A DNA stretch of 64,000 nucleotides from the NCBI GenBank assembly GCA_015523465.1, contig WAKF01000023.1, forward strand, positions 6,184-70,183, given 5' to 3'. Below are positions 7,804-17,925 of this stretch, in pieces (within the stretch, counting starts at the first letter, position 1; each line of letters opens with the position of its first letter). Origin of the DNA: Aeropyrum sp. Its GTDB lineage: Archaea; Thermoproteota; Thermoprotei_A; Sulfolobales; Acidilobaceae. The notes beneath the pieces were generated by a model. That model did not search any database. It was not told where the DNA came from and saw only the letters and a program-made list of their open reading frames with translations. The position numbers and the translations under genes were made by a program.

Positions 7804-8962
7804 TGGCGTGTTAATGCCTAGCATAGATTGGGTCTCAAGGATTAGGAAGGCTGTTCCAGGCTATGCATTGGCCTCCATTGAGGGGGCTCCTAGCTTTAAT
7901 GATGTTAAGCTTGCTTGCGGCCCTTATACTAGCGGAGAGGGGCTTGAAGCGCCATACCTTGAGGCTCCTTCCAGGTTTCCTTTGAAACTGGAAAAAATAG
8001 ATCCTAGAGACGTCGCGAAGGGGCTGCTCGAAGCTATTGACGGCGAAGACGCTAATGGCTTTTTTAACCCATTGTCATGGAGGACATTGACGCCTGTTGA
8101 AGCAGAGACTCGAGGTTGCATTGAGAGCGAGTGGGGTCCTTTAGCTCCTCCGGGCCTAGACCAACTAATAACTTATGAGCCTTTAAGGTGCTTCACAGCG
8201 ACTCAGCCAGGTTCTCAAGGAAAGTTGGTGATAGGAGGGTTAGCCGAGTCTGAAGGCCGTTATACCAGGGTAGGGTTGTGGAGAGTCTACAAGCTAGCGG
8301 GTGGGTGGACGGGTTACGAGAGTGGCGGGTCTATATTGCTTGTACCAGGCTCTAGGGAGCTTGAGTTCAGGTTAAGAGCTGCAAAGGTTAAGGTGAGGCT
8401 ACTTTATTTAAACTCGTTCGCGGAGCCTCTGTCATCATGTTATTTTAGAGAAGGCTTATTTGAAGCTACGGCTCTTACCTTATCGTTAGGCCCGCGCAGG
8501 CTAGCCCTTGCATCTAAGGAGCCTTTTACCCTCGAGCTTACGAGGGGGCTTATGAGAATAAATGCGAAGACTCCCCTAAGACTTCTTGCTGGAGGAAGCG
8601 ATACAGCTTTTAGAGCTTTAGCTGAGAGCCTCGTTGAGTGGAAAGCCGTTGAAGGCCCCCGAACCCCTCTCAACTTCTATGGTGTATCGGCCCACGCTAT
8701 AGTGGTTTACGCTGGAGGCGGTGAAATTAGATTCAAAGCTCTTACCTTAGAGGGCTCTGAAGGCGGGAGGGTCCACTTCAACCCGCCAGGGCCTACAGAC
8801 TCCATAGAGGTTCTGGGACCGGGGGGTGAAATAACCGAGATGCCTGGAGGTCCTAGAGTTAGCGTCCCCTTGCCACCATGCTTCTGCGGATACATAAAAG
8901 TACGGTTACGTCCTAAGGCGAAGTTCAAGCTTAGAGCTAGGCTTGGGCGGAGTAGTATCTAG
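7760..8962 (+). CDS. Hypothetical protein (~400 aa; true start may be ATG near 7812)
   Basis: Long ORF; beta-strand-rich C-terminal half; no confident family. Confidence 0.65.
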   Translation: MMLRGRVLLLRVCFDGVLMPSIDWVSRIRKAVPGYALASIEGAPSFNDVKLACGPYTSGEGLEAPYLEAPSRFPLKLEKIDPRDVAKGLLEAIDGEDANGFFNPLSWRTLTPVEAETRGCIESEWGPLAPPGLDQLITYEPLRCFTATQPGSQGKLVIGGLAESEGRYTRVGLWRVYKLAGGWTGYESGGSILLVPGSRELEFRLRAAKVKVRLLYLNSFAEPLSSCYFREGLFEATALTLSLGPRRLALASKEPFTLELTRGLMRINAKTPLRLLAGGSDTAFRALAESLVEWKAVEGPRTPLNFYGVSAHAIVVYAGGGEIRFKALTLEGSEGGRVHFNPPGPTDSIEVLGPGGEITEMPGGPRVSVPLPPCFCGYIKVRLRPKAKFKLRARLGRSSI

Positions 8963-9705
8963 AGGCTTTCCGCCTCTCCAGCCTCTATAGGACCTCTCAC
9001 TCTAAGCCTACCCTCAGCCGCCGCTTTCACATAGTTTATGAAGTCCTCTTCGTAGGGTACACCTACGAATACTAGTTGACCGTTAATTGCTATGCTAGGC
9101 ACACTCATAACCCCATACTTATCGGCTATGTCAGTGTTCTCGTAGGCCTCGACGGCCTCAGATAGTATCACGGGGTTGCCTCCTACGTAGGCTTCGTATG
9201 CGAACATGTGGGATAGTAGGACGGCGTAGGGGCAATAGGGGCAACTGGGCGTTATTATAACCTCTATGTGGACCCTACCCTTTAGCCTCTTAAGCTCCTC
9301 CTTAGTAGAATCCTCGAGACCCGACTCTCTCTCACTCATCCTCATTATAACCTCCACTAGAGCCCTGATCTCCTCCCCCGCAGGTATTCCAGTCCACCTA
9401 GCATAACCCTCGATAAAGGATACTGTAGGAACCCTCTCAACCCTCTCCCTCTTAAAAGCCTCTAAAGCCCCCGGATCCTCCCTCCAGTACACATTGAGCT
9501 TGAAAAGCTTCCTGCCATCCCTAACAGGCGCCTCATCCTCTATCGCCTTCATCAACTCCAGCGTATCCTCGCAGGTATCACACCCCCTCCTAGACAGAAA
9601 CAGACTAGCCTCTACAGGATGAATCATCTCAGCCAGCGTATCCCTAAGGTCCCTACGAAAATCTGGTGATAAGTCTAACTCGTAGAATCTCCTATGCACA
9701 GCCAC
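8959..9705 (-). CDS. Protein disulfide oxidoreductase (PDO; two thioredoxin folds)
   Basis: CDTC and CPYC motifs, ERVPT and MSVPSIAING cis-Pro loops. The ORF track extends to 9810, but SD GGAGGTG places the start at a GTG near 9705-9699. Confidence 0.9.
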   Translation of the reverse strand: MAVHRRFYELDLSPDFRRDLRDTLAEMIHPVEASLFLSRRGCDTCEDTLELMKAIEDEAPVRDGRKLFKLNVYWREDPGALEAFKRERVERVPTVSFIEGYARWTGIPAGEEIRALVEVIMRMSERESGLEDSTKEELKRLKGRVHIEVIITPSCPYCPYAVLLSHMFAYEAYVGGNPVILSEAVEAYENTDIADKYGVMSVPSIAINGQLVFVGVPYEEDFINYVKAAAEGRLRVRGPIEAGEAESL

Positions 9706-9907
9706 CACCTCCCCATCTACAGCACTTCCCCAGCCTAACACTCTAACATAACCCTCCACAGGACTTAAACAATAATGCATACCCCCTCCCACTACAGTCC
9801 CAAATAACATACTCTAGGGGCAAGGCCCGAAACAATGCAGACTTAAGCACGTAAGCCCCCGTAGGGGTTAAAGGCACAGACAGCCTCACTACCCACACCG
9901 GGCCTGA

Positions 9908-9986
9908 GCGGCGGTCGTCTAGCCTGGACTAGGACGCCGGCCTGCCAAGCCGGAGGTCCCGGGTTCAAATCCCGGCCGCCGCACCA
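9908..9986 (+). tRNA. tRNA-Gly (GCC), no intron, encoded CCA
   Basis: Acceptor stem GCGGCGG/CCGCCGC, anticodon arm CCGGC-CTGCCAA-GCCGG, T arm CCGGG-TTCAAAT-CCCGG, 3' ACCA. Confidence 0.97.
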
Positions 9987-11460
9987 CACTACTTATTCTA
10001 AGTTAAATCATATTGATCCTTGAGCATAGCCGTATGCATGGAAGGTTGGTTTAGCTTTTTATGACTTACAACCATGCGTAAGATACTATCTCCTCGCTTG
10101 TTATCATATCTTTCTTATCATGTAGTGTTGTGTTTTAACAATTAACCTAAATGTCCACTTGACATTTTATAAACGTTTGTCTTAGCTGGAGACATGATGC
10201 TCTTAGTGTTGGAGGCTTTAGCGTGTCAACAGCGATAAACAATCAATTTAACTTATTATATAATATTATATTATAATCATAATATAGATATGTTAACATA
10301 ACATGATTAATGCTCACAAGATTAAGACTCGTCCTTACTCGCTCCACTACCTTCAATTTATCTCTATTTCTAACAGTTTTAATATTTATACGCCACACAT
10401 TATACCTTATCGCTCACCATTATCATTTAAATGATGCTGACATTGTTAGTCCGTGATGGAGGTAGCTATCATGGCTGTTTCATATGCTGATAAGCTGAGA
10501 ATACTGGCGTCCGCTATATTGTATTATATTATTATATATCTTTATATTTATTTAGGCTCTATTTTAGCGCTCAAGCTCGGGCCACCGCTTATCTCGAACC
10601 CAGTTTTCACGTTCATTTATATAGTCGCTGCCATTATATTATTCCTTCTCACTGCTTACATAATTCACCGATATGTCGGTGTATGCAGTGAAGCAGGGTT
10701 TATACGGTGTCTCGGGCTTACTACTAATGGTTTTCTTGAAAGTCTAGTCTTTTCTTCAGCTATTATAACCCTTGCCGCTGTAGTGCTTGGGATAGCCTCC
10801 TATATCCTCAATGGTACTAACCCCTTTAACGAGGCTGTTAAAGCTACCATTAGGTATGCGTATTATTCGTCGCCGGAGTGGTTTAACAGTGTACCTTTAC
10901 GCCTTTTACCAGTAGTATCCCTTCTAGTCTGGTTTCTTGCAGGGATCATGTGGTTCACGTTTATCCAGGCCTTCCCTCTTAACCTCTTATCGCGTAGCTT
11001 TGGCCCATCATCTATTCCTCTAGTTTCATTATCATTTATATTATTATATGGAGCGCCTTTACTGACTGGTAATATAAAACTTGATGATATATTATTTCTT
11101 GGAATTACATATACATTAATACTGTATAAATATAATAATTCGTTAGGTCTAATAACGTGTTATGTATTGTTATATGAAATGCCTGTTAGGGCATCATTTC
11201 TAGTAGGATGGGGTTTAAATGCTTTAAAAGTAGTGATACTACTTCAGCTCTCGTGGGGTATCACATCAATCGTATTCTCACTATATATTATTATAAACAA
11301 TATCATACATGCCGGGCGAGACCTCGAAAATCGTGAGGGTAATTAATTATCTAAATTGTAATAATATCAATCATTTATTCCCGCTAACATGTAGAAAGTG
11401 AACCCTGCTAATGAATCTACTATTTTAGCCTTCCTGTCCTTCCAACGTTATACTAGGCAC
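9987..11460. other. AT-rich genomic islet immediately 3' of tRNA-Gly
   Basis: Abrupt shift to AT-rich sequence after the tRNA CCA; contains one gene with ATA/TTA/TAT-rich codons. Confidence 0.7.
10453..11346 (+). CDS. Polytopic membrane protein, CPBP/Abi (CAAX protease)-like architecture with catalytic motifs absent
   Basis: About 8-9 hydrophobic segments; C-terminal half has CPBP-like spacing (GIMWFTFIQAF / SLSFILLY / YKYNNSLGLITCYVLLYE). Confidence 0.65.
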   Translation: MMEVAIMAVSYADKLRILASAILYYIIIYLYIYLGSILALKLGPPLISNPVFTFIYIVAAIILFLLTAYIIHRYVGVCSEAGFIRCLGLTTNGFLESLVFSSAIITLAAVVLGIASYILNGTNPFNEAVKATIRYAYYSSPEWFNSVPLRLLPVVSLLVWFLAGIMWFTFIQAFPLNLLSRSFGPSSIPLVSLSFILLYGAPLLTGNIKLDDILFLGITYTLILYKYNNSLGLITCYVLLYEMPVRASFLVGWGLNALKVVILLQLSWGITSIVFSLYIIINNIIHAGRDLENREGN

Positions 11461-11524
11461 TACAGGTATTTACATGGGGTGATAAAGCTCACATTCCCAT
11501 GATTGCTAGGGGCTGGGAGGTTTT

Positions 11525-12001
11525 GTGTGGGAAGGCTTGGAGGGTGGGGCAGTTGGACTGGCGTACACAATTATAGGGTATGTTGACTCAGACTCTAACA
11601 ACTGCAAGTATCCTATAGCCCTCATACTCCTCGACAACCTAAAACCCCATGAAATGGTGATTGAAGAGAGGGTCAAGATGCTCCAGGAAAGCCTTGTGAG
11701 GGAGGGCGTTCAAATAAGACCTATATTAGTAGACTATAAGACAATGGTCATATTAGATGGACATCATAGAGTTGAAGCTCTTAGAAGGCTTGGAGCTAGG
11801 AAGGTAGCTGCAGTACTGGTAGACTATGATAGTGACGAGTGTATCAAGGTGGGCACGTGGCGTGAGGGGTGGGTTGTTAGTAAGAACGAGGTGAGGGAGA
11901 GGGGGCTCAAGGGGAAGCTTTACCCGCCCAGGACCAGCAGGCACATGCCACGCTTCAAAGTGCCCGAGGTCAACGTGCCCCTAAATGATCTCTTAGGATA
12001 A
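11525..12001 (+). CDS. ParB/Srx N-terminal domain protein (SerK/SbnI-like)
   Basis: LKPHE, PILVD...ILDGHHRVEAL, and C-terminal LYPPRTSRH. Confidence 0.8.
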   Translation: MWEGLEGGAVGLAYTIIGYVDSDSNNCKYPIALILLDNLKPHEMVIEERVKMLQESLVREGVQIRPILVDYKTMVILDGHHRVEALRRLGARKVAAVLVDYDSDECIKVGTWREGWVVSKNEVRERGLKGKLYPPRTSRHMPRFKVPEVNVPLNDLLG

Positions 12002-12003
12002 GA

Positions 12004-13182
12004 TTACTCTATCCAGTCCCCCGTCTCGATTTTTTCAGGGATGTACTTGAACGCGAAGAACCTTATACCCTTGCTAGCTATAGCCTCTATCTCCAGCTTA
12101 ACCTTGCGCTTCAGGAATAATTCTATCTCCCTCTTCCACAGCCTATTCTTATAGATCCATGGATAGTTCTTTAGAAGCTCCTTGGCCCTCTTAATGTCTC
12201 TATCAGTAGCCTTTATTATGAACTTCTTCCTCTCAGCCTCGCTAAGATAAGGCTTTTTGGACCCGTAACCAAAGACGTCTGACATTTGCACTCCCAGGAA
12301 CCTGGCTTTCGGTGTCGCTAGTCTTTCACTCTCGTAGCTGAGGTTTATGCTGCCAACCTTGTAGACAAAGTATATATACCAGCCATAGGGGTCGCTGTCT
12401 GTGATCACGTAGACTGGGAGTCCATGTTCGTCGTGGAGTCTTCTGACAAACCTTCTAGTAGCCCTATCTGGCTGTCCTGAGCCGGTGATGAGGATTGACT
12501 TGTATCTTCTCCAGAAGCCGGCCCTATGTAGCTGTTGGAACACTGCATCCTTCTCGACAACCAGCACGAACTCTGCATCCACGTCTAGTATCTCGATGAG
12601 GTCTGCAGTTGACTCTATAGCGTAGGCTCCATGCCCTAGCTTCGAAAGGTCTATAACGTCTCCCCCGCTTCTGATCCTCATATTACCTACGACTTTACCC
12701 TTCTCCTTACTCAATATCAACATGTCCTCCCTGAAGAGCCCGGTATAGACCTCAACATCCTGTATTACAGAGTCACTTTCCTTCTGCTCGTCCCAAGTGT
12801 TCTCCTCCCTTCTTCTCCCTCTCATATCCCTATAGACGATGGTGTGTTTACCCTTGTAGTATAAATCTCTAATAGTGGGGTACTCGTTCTCTATTAGTGA
12901 CTGGTATATTATGGCAGCCATAAGAAGAGTCTGCATGAACCTCCTAGACTCCCCTAGGTCTAGGAACTCTCTCTCTAGAACTTCCTCTCCCAGCGATAGG
13001 ATGCCCCTTTCAGGGTCGAATACAGTATTGGCTAACGTCCTCTTAGGTATTACTAGCTTTGGGGGCTTACCGTCAAGCACAGCCTTTATCAGCGGAGAGA
13101 ATTTCTCGTGCATTATCCTAGCAGCTTTCAATCTAGCCTTAAGATCGACCTCATCTACGAAAGGCTCGTGGCCCCCACTCAC
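12004..13182 (-). CDS. top6A: DNA topoisomerase VI subunit A
   Basis: TIRDLYY (catalytic Tyr), LVVEKDAVF, ITGSGQPD, TDSDPYG TOPRIM motif, KLEIEA. Confidence 0.97.
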   Translation of the reverse strand: MSGGHEPFVDEVDLKARLKAARIMHEKFSPLIKAVLDGKPPKLVIPKRTLANTVFDPERGILSLGEEVLEREFLDLGESRRFMQTLLMAAIIYQSLIENEYPTIRDLYYKGKHTIVYRDMRGRRREENTWDEQKESDSVIQDVEVYTGLFREDMLILSKEKGKVVGNMRIRSGGDVIDLSKLGHGAYAIESTADLIEILDVDAEFVLVVEKDAVFQQLHRAGFWRRYKSILITGSGQPDRATRRFVRRLHDEHGLPVYVITDSDPYGWYIYFVYKVGSINLSYESERLATPKARFLGVQMSDVFGYGSKKPYLSEAERKKFIIKATDRDIKRAKELLKNYPWIYKNRLWKREIELFLKRKVKLEIEAIASKGIRFFAFKYIPEKIETGDWIE

Positions 13183-13197
13183 GGCCCTCTACACCCC

Positions 13198-14871
13198 TTA
13201 CTCGACTTCCACGCTATCCGCTATCTCCTTGACTATTCTCCTAACCTCTTCATCGTTCATACCAGCTATCTTAATCTTGCTAGCCACTATGTCTATAAGC
13301 TTCTCCTTAAAGGTAGCTACCTCCTCGGGCTTAGGAGGACTCCACTTTTCAGGCGGTTTTGATAGCATGGCTAGGCTCCAAGCAACCTCGGGTATATAGC
13401 GGGCTAGAGCTTCAGCTTTCCTCTTAGCCTCCTCTTCTCTAGTCTTCCGGGCAATGTAGACTTTAAGCTTCCTAGCTACTTCTTGCACAGCGTTCCTAAT
13501 CTCACTCTCAAGCTCTGGTGTTTCGCTGATGCTCTCCTTCCCCAGCCCCTTATACGGCACCTTAGTGCTCGCTATGTGAACTAAGACTATCAAGGGAGCG
13601 GGGAAGTCAACGTTATAGTTCTTCCAGTTTATCGACTTCACCACCTTGTAAGAGACGTCCTCCCTCTCCTCGTAGAGTAACGGTATCTTATTGGCGTATC
13701 TCAGTAGAAGCGGTTCCTCCAGAGGCTTTATAGCCCCCCCATAAGCTATCCCCACCTCAACTATAAATGGGTGGCCCTTGTAGGACCTAGGAGGCCTTGT
13801 AATGGCCTCAACCCACTCGGGGGCGAACATCCTCTTTAAGCCCTCTCTTATAATCTCGGCTCCCAGGGGGCTGAGGTAATCGCTTTTAGGGGACCTGAAT
13901 TTAAACTGTGATAGTGCTTCCACGAACTTAACAAGAAGTTCTTCATTATCCCTTTTCAGCAGCTCCTTAGGGTTCATGTCTGGGTCGAAGCCGTACTTCG
14001 ATAGGAACTCTTCAGCGCTCTTTTCGCCTACACTTTGGAACTCAGTGATTAGCATTTCTTTGAGGGTTTTTGCAGGGGTGGCTCTAACAATCTCTCTCAG
14101 GTCCTCTAGGTTGACTCCGTGAGGATGGGGTTTAGCCTCTCTAGGGGGCTCGGGCATCTTCTTTGTAGTTCTAGGGTAATAGTATATTTCGCCGTCTGGG
14201 GTCTCGAATATTATCTCTGCGTAGGGCGCTATGATTGCGGTCCTCCTAACGTACTCTATTATCTTTGACTTAGCCCTTCTCCAGTCGCCCTCTATCCTAA
14301 CAGAGACCCTAGTACCCTTCCACCCAACCTTCTTACCCCACTCACCAACCTCTAGGACCTGAGGCGTGTTCCTGCTAGTATCGATCCTTATCTTCATCAT
14401 GTAAACATACTGGGATCCCTCGGTGGAGCTGTAGACTTCTATAGGAGACCCTGTCGTCTGCTGAGCGTAGAGGGTTACAGCCTTAACTCCGAGGCCGAAC
14501 ATTCCCCTAGTCTGCTTTATAACGTACTTGCTACTATACAACACCCTGCCGAATGCCTGGGGGAGGACGGTCCGGGGCACGCCTATACCGTTATCCTCTA
14601 CCGTGACGACGTACCAAGGCCGGGCCCCGTTAGTACTCCCGGTCCTAGGAACTTCCCTTATTGATATATAGATCCACGGGAGGATTCTCTTCGTGTCTGT
14701 GGCGTCTAGCGAGTTTTCAACGAGCTCCCTCACAGTCTGATATAACGCTCTCGCAGGGTTCTGGAAGCCAGCGAACTCCCTATGCTTAGCTATCATCTCG
14801 GCTACAGTCCTACTCCTATACTTCTCGTCGGCCGCTGTTACAGCTCCTCTCCCCCTCCTCTTCCTAGCCAA
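13198..14871 (-). CDS. top6B: DNA topoisomerase VI subunit B
   Basis: GHKL motifs [26 protein letters not shown]; H2TH and transducer domains ([14 protein letters not shown]). Confidence 0.97.
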   Translation of the reverse strand: MARKRRGRGAVTAADEKYRSRTVAEMIAKHREFAGFQNPARALYQTVRELVENSLDATDTKRILPWIYISIREVPRTGSTNGARPWYVVTVEDNGIGVPRTVLPQAFGRVLYSSKYVIKQTRGMFGLGVKAVTLYAQQTTGSPIEVYSSTEGSQYVYMMKIRIDTSRNTPQVLEVGEWGKKVGWKGTRVSVRIEGDWRRAKSKIIEYVRRTAIIAPYAEIIFETPDGEIYYYPRTTKKMPEPPREAKPHPHGVNLEDLREIVRATPAKTLKEMLITEFQSVGEKSAEEFLSKYGFDPDMNPKELLKRDNEELLVKFVEALSQFKFRSPKSDYLSPLGAEIIREGLKRMFAPEWVEAITRPPRSYKGHPFIVEVGIAYGGAIKPLEEPLLLRYANKIPLLYEEREDVSYKVVKSINWKNYNVDFPAPLIVLVHIASTKVPYKGLGKESISETPELESEIRNAVQEVARKLKVYIARKTREEEAKRKAEALARYIPEVAWSLAMLSKPPEKWSPPKPEEVATFKEKLIDIVASKIKIAGMNDEEVRRIVKEIADSVEVE

Positions 14872-14986
14872 CCTCGAACGACACCCCCAAGTCAGGACGG
14901 GTACGTGGCGGCCTCACAGAGCCTAATAGAATTTTTTACGTTTAGGGTTAATAAAGGGGTTACATTATACCTCAAGCTTAATATGC

Positions 14987-16006
14987 CTAGACTTCGAGGG
15001 GGGGTAGGACCTTCCCAGTCTTTTTCAACTTTACAAGTCTATAGGCTATGAACGGTAACATAATTGTGGCATCGCCGTAGACTACCACTTTCCTAGCACG
15101 CGCCTTTATCTTACCCCACGAGATGGCCTCCCTTGGGTGAGCCCCGCTTAGGCTTCCATCATACTCCACTGCTGTGGTAATGTATACGGCCCAGTCAAGT
15201 CCCTCCCTAAACTGTGCCCACCATATTGCATGGTGTTTACTTATACCCCCACCCACTATAAGGGCTAGAGCTTCGCCTTTCCGGGGGAAGAATATGTCTG
15301 CTAACACCTCCATATCCTTGAAATAGTTGACTGTCAAGTTTACTCCAAGCCTCTTAGCCTCCATGAATAGAGCGGTGCCAAAAGCACCGTCAGGCCATCC
15401 AGGCACAAACACATATGCACCGCTTCTAACAGCCGCCCCCAGAATGGAATTTGGGTCCTCTTTCATCTCTTCCCCTGCAACCTTTAGCAACTCGTAAACT
15501 CCATAGCTTCCGGAGCCCAGCTTTGATACTAGCTGTCCTACAAATTTTTCTACGAGGGGGCCATAACCTTCTATAGGCACTAGCACGTTACCCAGCCTAT
15601 GGAACCCCCTCTTATATACCTCTTCGTCGTCTAGCTCAAACCTTCCCTTATAGTATCTGGCTCCCATAAATTTAGCTATATCATGGTCTAAGGCTCCCGC
15701 TGTAGTTATAACTACGTTAAATATGCCCTCATCTAGAAGCTGAGCAAGAATCCCTCTAAGACCCGTAGCAACTAGGTTTCCAGTAAAAGTTAATACTCTC
15801 ACCCTACTTCTAGGCACACCTTCCTCAAGGATTGAAATAGCTTCTACTAAATGACCTGCCATGAACCCATGTATCCTATGATAGCAGGAAATTAAGTCGT
15901 CAACGTCCATCTCAGGCTTCACTTTACATTCTTCAACATACTCGAGCACTTCATCCATAGTAGACCCCCTTAAGACCCTGAATCCAAGCCTTATATCTCT
16001 TTCCAT
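14987..16006 (-). CDS. dys: Deoxyhypusine synthase
   Basis: TFTGNLVATGLR, TTAGALDHD, RLGNVLVP, GGGISKHH, DGSLSGA, EAISWGK (catalytic Lys). Start placed at ATG 16006. Confidence 0.95.
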   Translation of the reverse strand: MERDIRLGFRVLRGSTMDEVLEYVEECKVKPEMDVDDLISCYHRIHGFMAGHLVEAISILEEGVPRSRVRVLTFTGNLVATGLRGILAQLLDEGIFNVVITTAGALDHDIAKFMGARYYKGRFELDDEEVYKRGFHRLGNVLVPIEGYGPLVEKFVGQLVSKLGSGSYGVYELLKVAGEEMKEDPNSILGAAVRSGAYVFVPGWPDGAFGTALFMEAKRLGVNLTVNYFKDMEVLADIFFPRKGEALALIVGGGISKHHAIWWAQFREGLDWAVYITTAVEYDGSLSGAHPREAISWGKIKARARKVVVYGDATIMLPFIAYRLVKLKKTGKVLPPLEV

Positions 16007-16050
16007 AATCCAAGAAACTTCGACGAGAAGCACCTATACTCACATTTCGG

Positions 16051-16479
16051 TTGAGAGGCATGCAGGGTAAAGGGTATAGAAAAGGCCTCTCCCCCCTCAT
16101 AGCATCTGTAATCCTCATAGCAATAACCATTGTAGGCGGACTACTAGTTTACCAGTACTTCCAAGTTAGTAGTGAATCCCTCATAGCTGCCGGCGAGACT
16201 GTCTTCCTGAGGGTCTCTTACACAGTATTAGATAATGGTAGTAAGTTAGTATACATAGAGGTTACAAACGGCTATAGAAAGCCTATCTCAGTACTGGATG
16301 TACAATACTACGACATTCAGGGAGGCGAAGTAGCTATGGGACTGCAACTAAACACTACCGTGAAGCCTGGAGGAAAGACGACAATAACTACTGTGGTGCC
16401 CGAAATCGCTACGGCCGTAGCCGTAGTCTATAGCATTGATGGCCAAGTCCTAGTTAGCGAGCCCGTTCAACTAGGCTAG
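16051..16479 (+). CDS. Archaeal type IV pilin (class III signal peptide)
   Basis: RKG|LSPLIASVILIAITIVGGLLVY prepilin peptidase site plus hydrophobic N-helix; probable start ATG 16060. Confidence 0.88.
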   Translation: MRGMQGKGYRKGLSPLIASVILIAITIVGGLLVYQYFQVSSESLIAAGETVFLRVSYTVLDNGSKLVYIEVTNGYRKPISVLDVQYYDIQGGEVAMGLQLNTTVKPGGKTTITTVVPEIATAVAVVYSIDGQVLVSEPVQLG

Positions 16480-16490
16480 GGGGAGAGGCT

Positions 16491-17909
16491 ATGGCCTCCA
16501 TACTAAGGTTTTTTAGAAAGAATCCTCCAAGCCAGATTCTACTTTCTAGAGATGCAAGCCATGAAGCTACTAAGGCTCCCCCCGATGAGTGGAGGATCCT
16601 CGCTCACTATTCAATAGGCCCCGTAAAGTACTATCTATACCGCGACGACATTGGCGGAGCTAGGCTTAGGTTCGTTGAGCCGGACCCCATAGATGAAAAG
16701 CTTTTACGTGATATGGCTGCTGGGCTAGTTCAACCTGAGACTCCCGAGGAAAAGTACTTTCTTGAGAAAGCGCTTAGCGGGTATGGGCCCCTCTATCCAT
16801 TGGTAATAGATAGTCATGTAGAGGATATTGCTGTTGAAGGTCCCGGTAGAGACGTATCTGTTATACACAGGCTTATGGCGGATAGGTGGATTAGTGTTGA
16901 CTTGAGGCTTAATGAGGATGAGGTCGACTCTTTAGCTATACAGCTATCTAGGAAGGCTGGAAAGGCTGTGAGCCTATCAGCTCCTATAGCTGAGGGTTTG
17001 ACCGGTGAGGGGTTTAGGGTTGCAGTTTCCTTCTCCAGGCAAGTTTCAAGGTTTGGGAGTAGTTTTGTAGTGAGGAAGTATCCGGAGAAGCCTATAACCC
17101 TAGGGGATCTTATAGCCTCCAGAGTAATCTCGCCGCTAGCCGCTGCTTATCTCTGGATGCTGGTTGAAAGCCAACAGTTCATATTGATAGTAGGTTCTAT
17201 GGGGGCCGGGAAGACGACGTTGCTTCAGTCCCTAGCGAGCCTCATACCCCCGTTCTATAGGGTCGTCACTATAGAGGATACGCCGGAACTAGTGTTACCC
17301 GTGCCTAGGTGGGACGCGTTAGTTACCAGGCCTAAAACCCCTGGAGAGCAGATCGAGGACATTGGCCTTGAGGAGCTTCTTAAATTTGCTCTAAGGAGGA
17401 GGGCTGAATACGTGATAGTGGGGGAGGTGAGGGGTAGGGAGGCCCGGCTTCTAGCCCAGGCTGCGGCTAGCGGTCACGGGTCTATGACAACAATGCACGC
17501 GGACTCGCCTGAAGGGGCTGTGTTGAGGCTTCAGCTAGAACCTATATCGTTACCTCCACTCTTCCTTACGCTTATAGGGTCTATAGTACATATTAAAAGG
17601 CTACCTGGTCCTGGCGGGAGGGCTAGGAGGAGGGTTTTCACTATAGCTGAGATACAAGGCGACGAGATAGTGTACATTTTTAAGTGGAATCCCCATGAAG
17701 ATTCTTTCGAGCCCGATGTTGCAAGGGATGTTGTTGAGAGGAGCGAGAGTCTAGCTAGGGCTAGGGAGAGAATACCGGATGTTACGGGCAACCCGGTAGA
17801 GGAGCTTGAAGAGAGGGCTTCACTCTTAGAGAGGCTAGCTGGAGAACCGCCTGAGTCCTTCTTTAGAGGTATAACTAGGTTCTACGCTGAGAGGTACGGT
17901 AGCCCTTAG
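16491..17909 (+). CDS. Type IV pilus assembly ATPase (VirB11/TadA/ArlI family)
   Basis: Walker A GSMGAGKTT, Asp box VTIEDTPEL, Walker B YVIVGEVRG, His box TTMHADS. Confidence 0.93.
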   Translation: MASILRFFRKNPPSQILLSRDASHEATKAPPDEWRILAHYSIGPVKYYLYRDDIGGARLRFVEPDPIDEKLLRDMAAGLVQPETPEEKYFLEKALSGYGPLYPLVIDSHVEDIAVEGPGRDVSVIHRLMADRWISVDLRLNEDEVDSLAIQLSRKAGKAVSLSAPIAEGLTGEGFRVAVSFSRQVSRFGSSFVVRKYPEKPITLGDLIASRVISPLAAAYLWMLVESQQFILIVGSMGAGKTTLLQSLASLIPPFYRVVTIEDTPELVLPVPRWDALVTRPKTPGEQIEDIGLEELLKFALRRRAEYVIVGEVRGREARLLAQAAASGHGSMTTMHADSPEGAVLRLQLEPISLPPLFLTLIGSIVHIKRLPGPGGRARRRVFTIAEIQGDEIVYIFKWNPHEDSFEPDVARDVVERSESLARARERIPDVTGNPVEELEERASLLERLAGEPPESFFRGITRFYAERYGSP

Positions 17910-17925
17910 GTGGGGGTGGCTAATA

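Noticed and set aside
14885-14925. Possible C/D sRNA in the top6B leader (GTGAGG...CTGA on the minus strand)
   Set aside because: The C box is poor, there is no C'/D pair or terminal stem, and I recognised no rRNA target.
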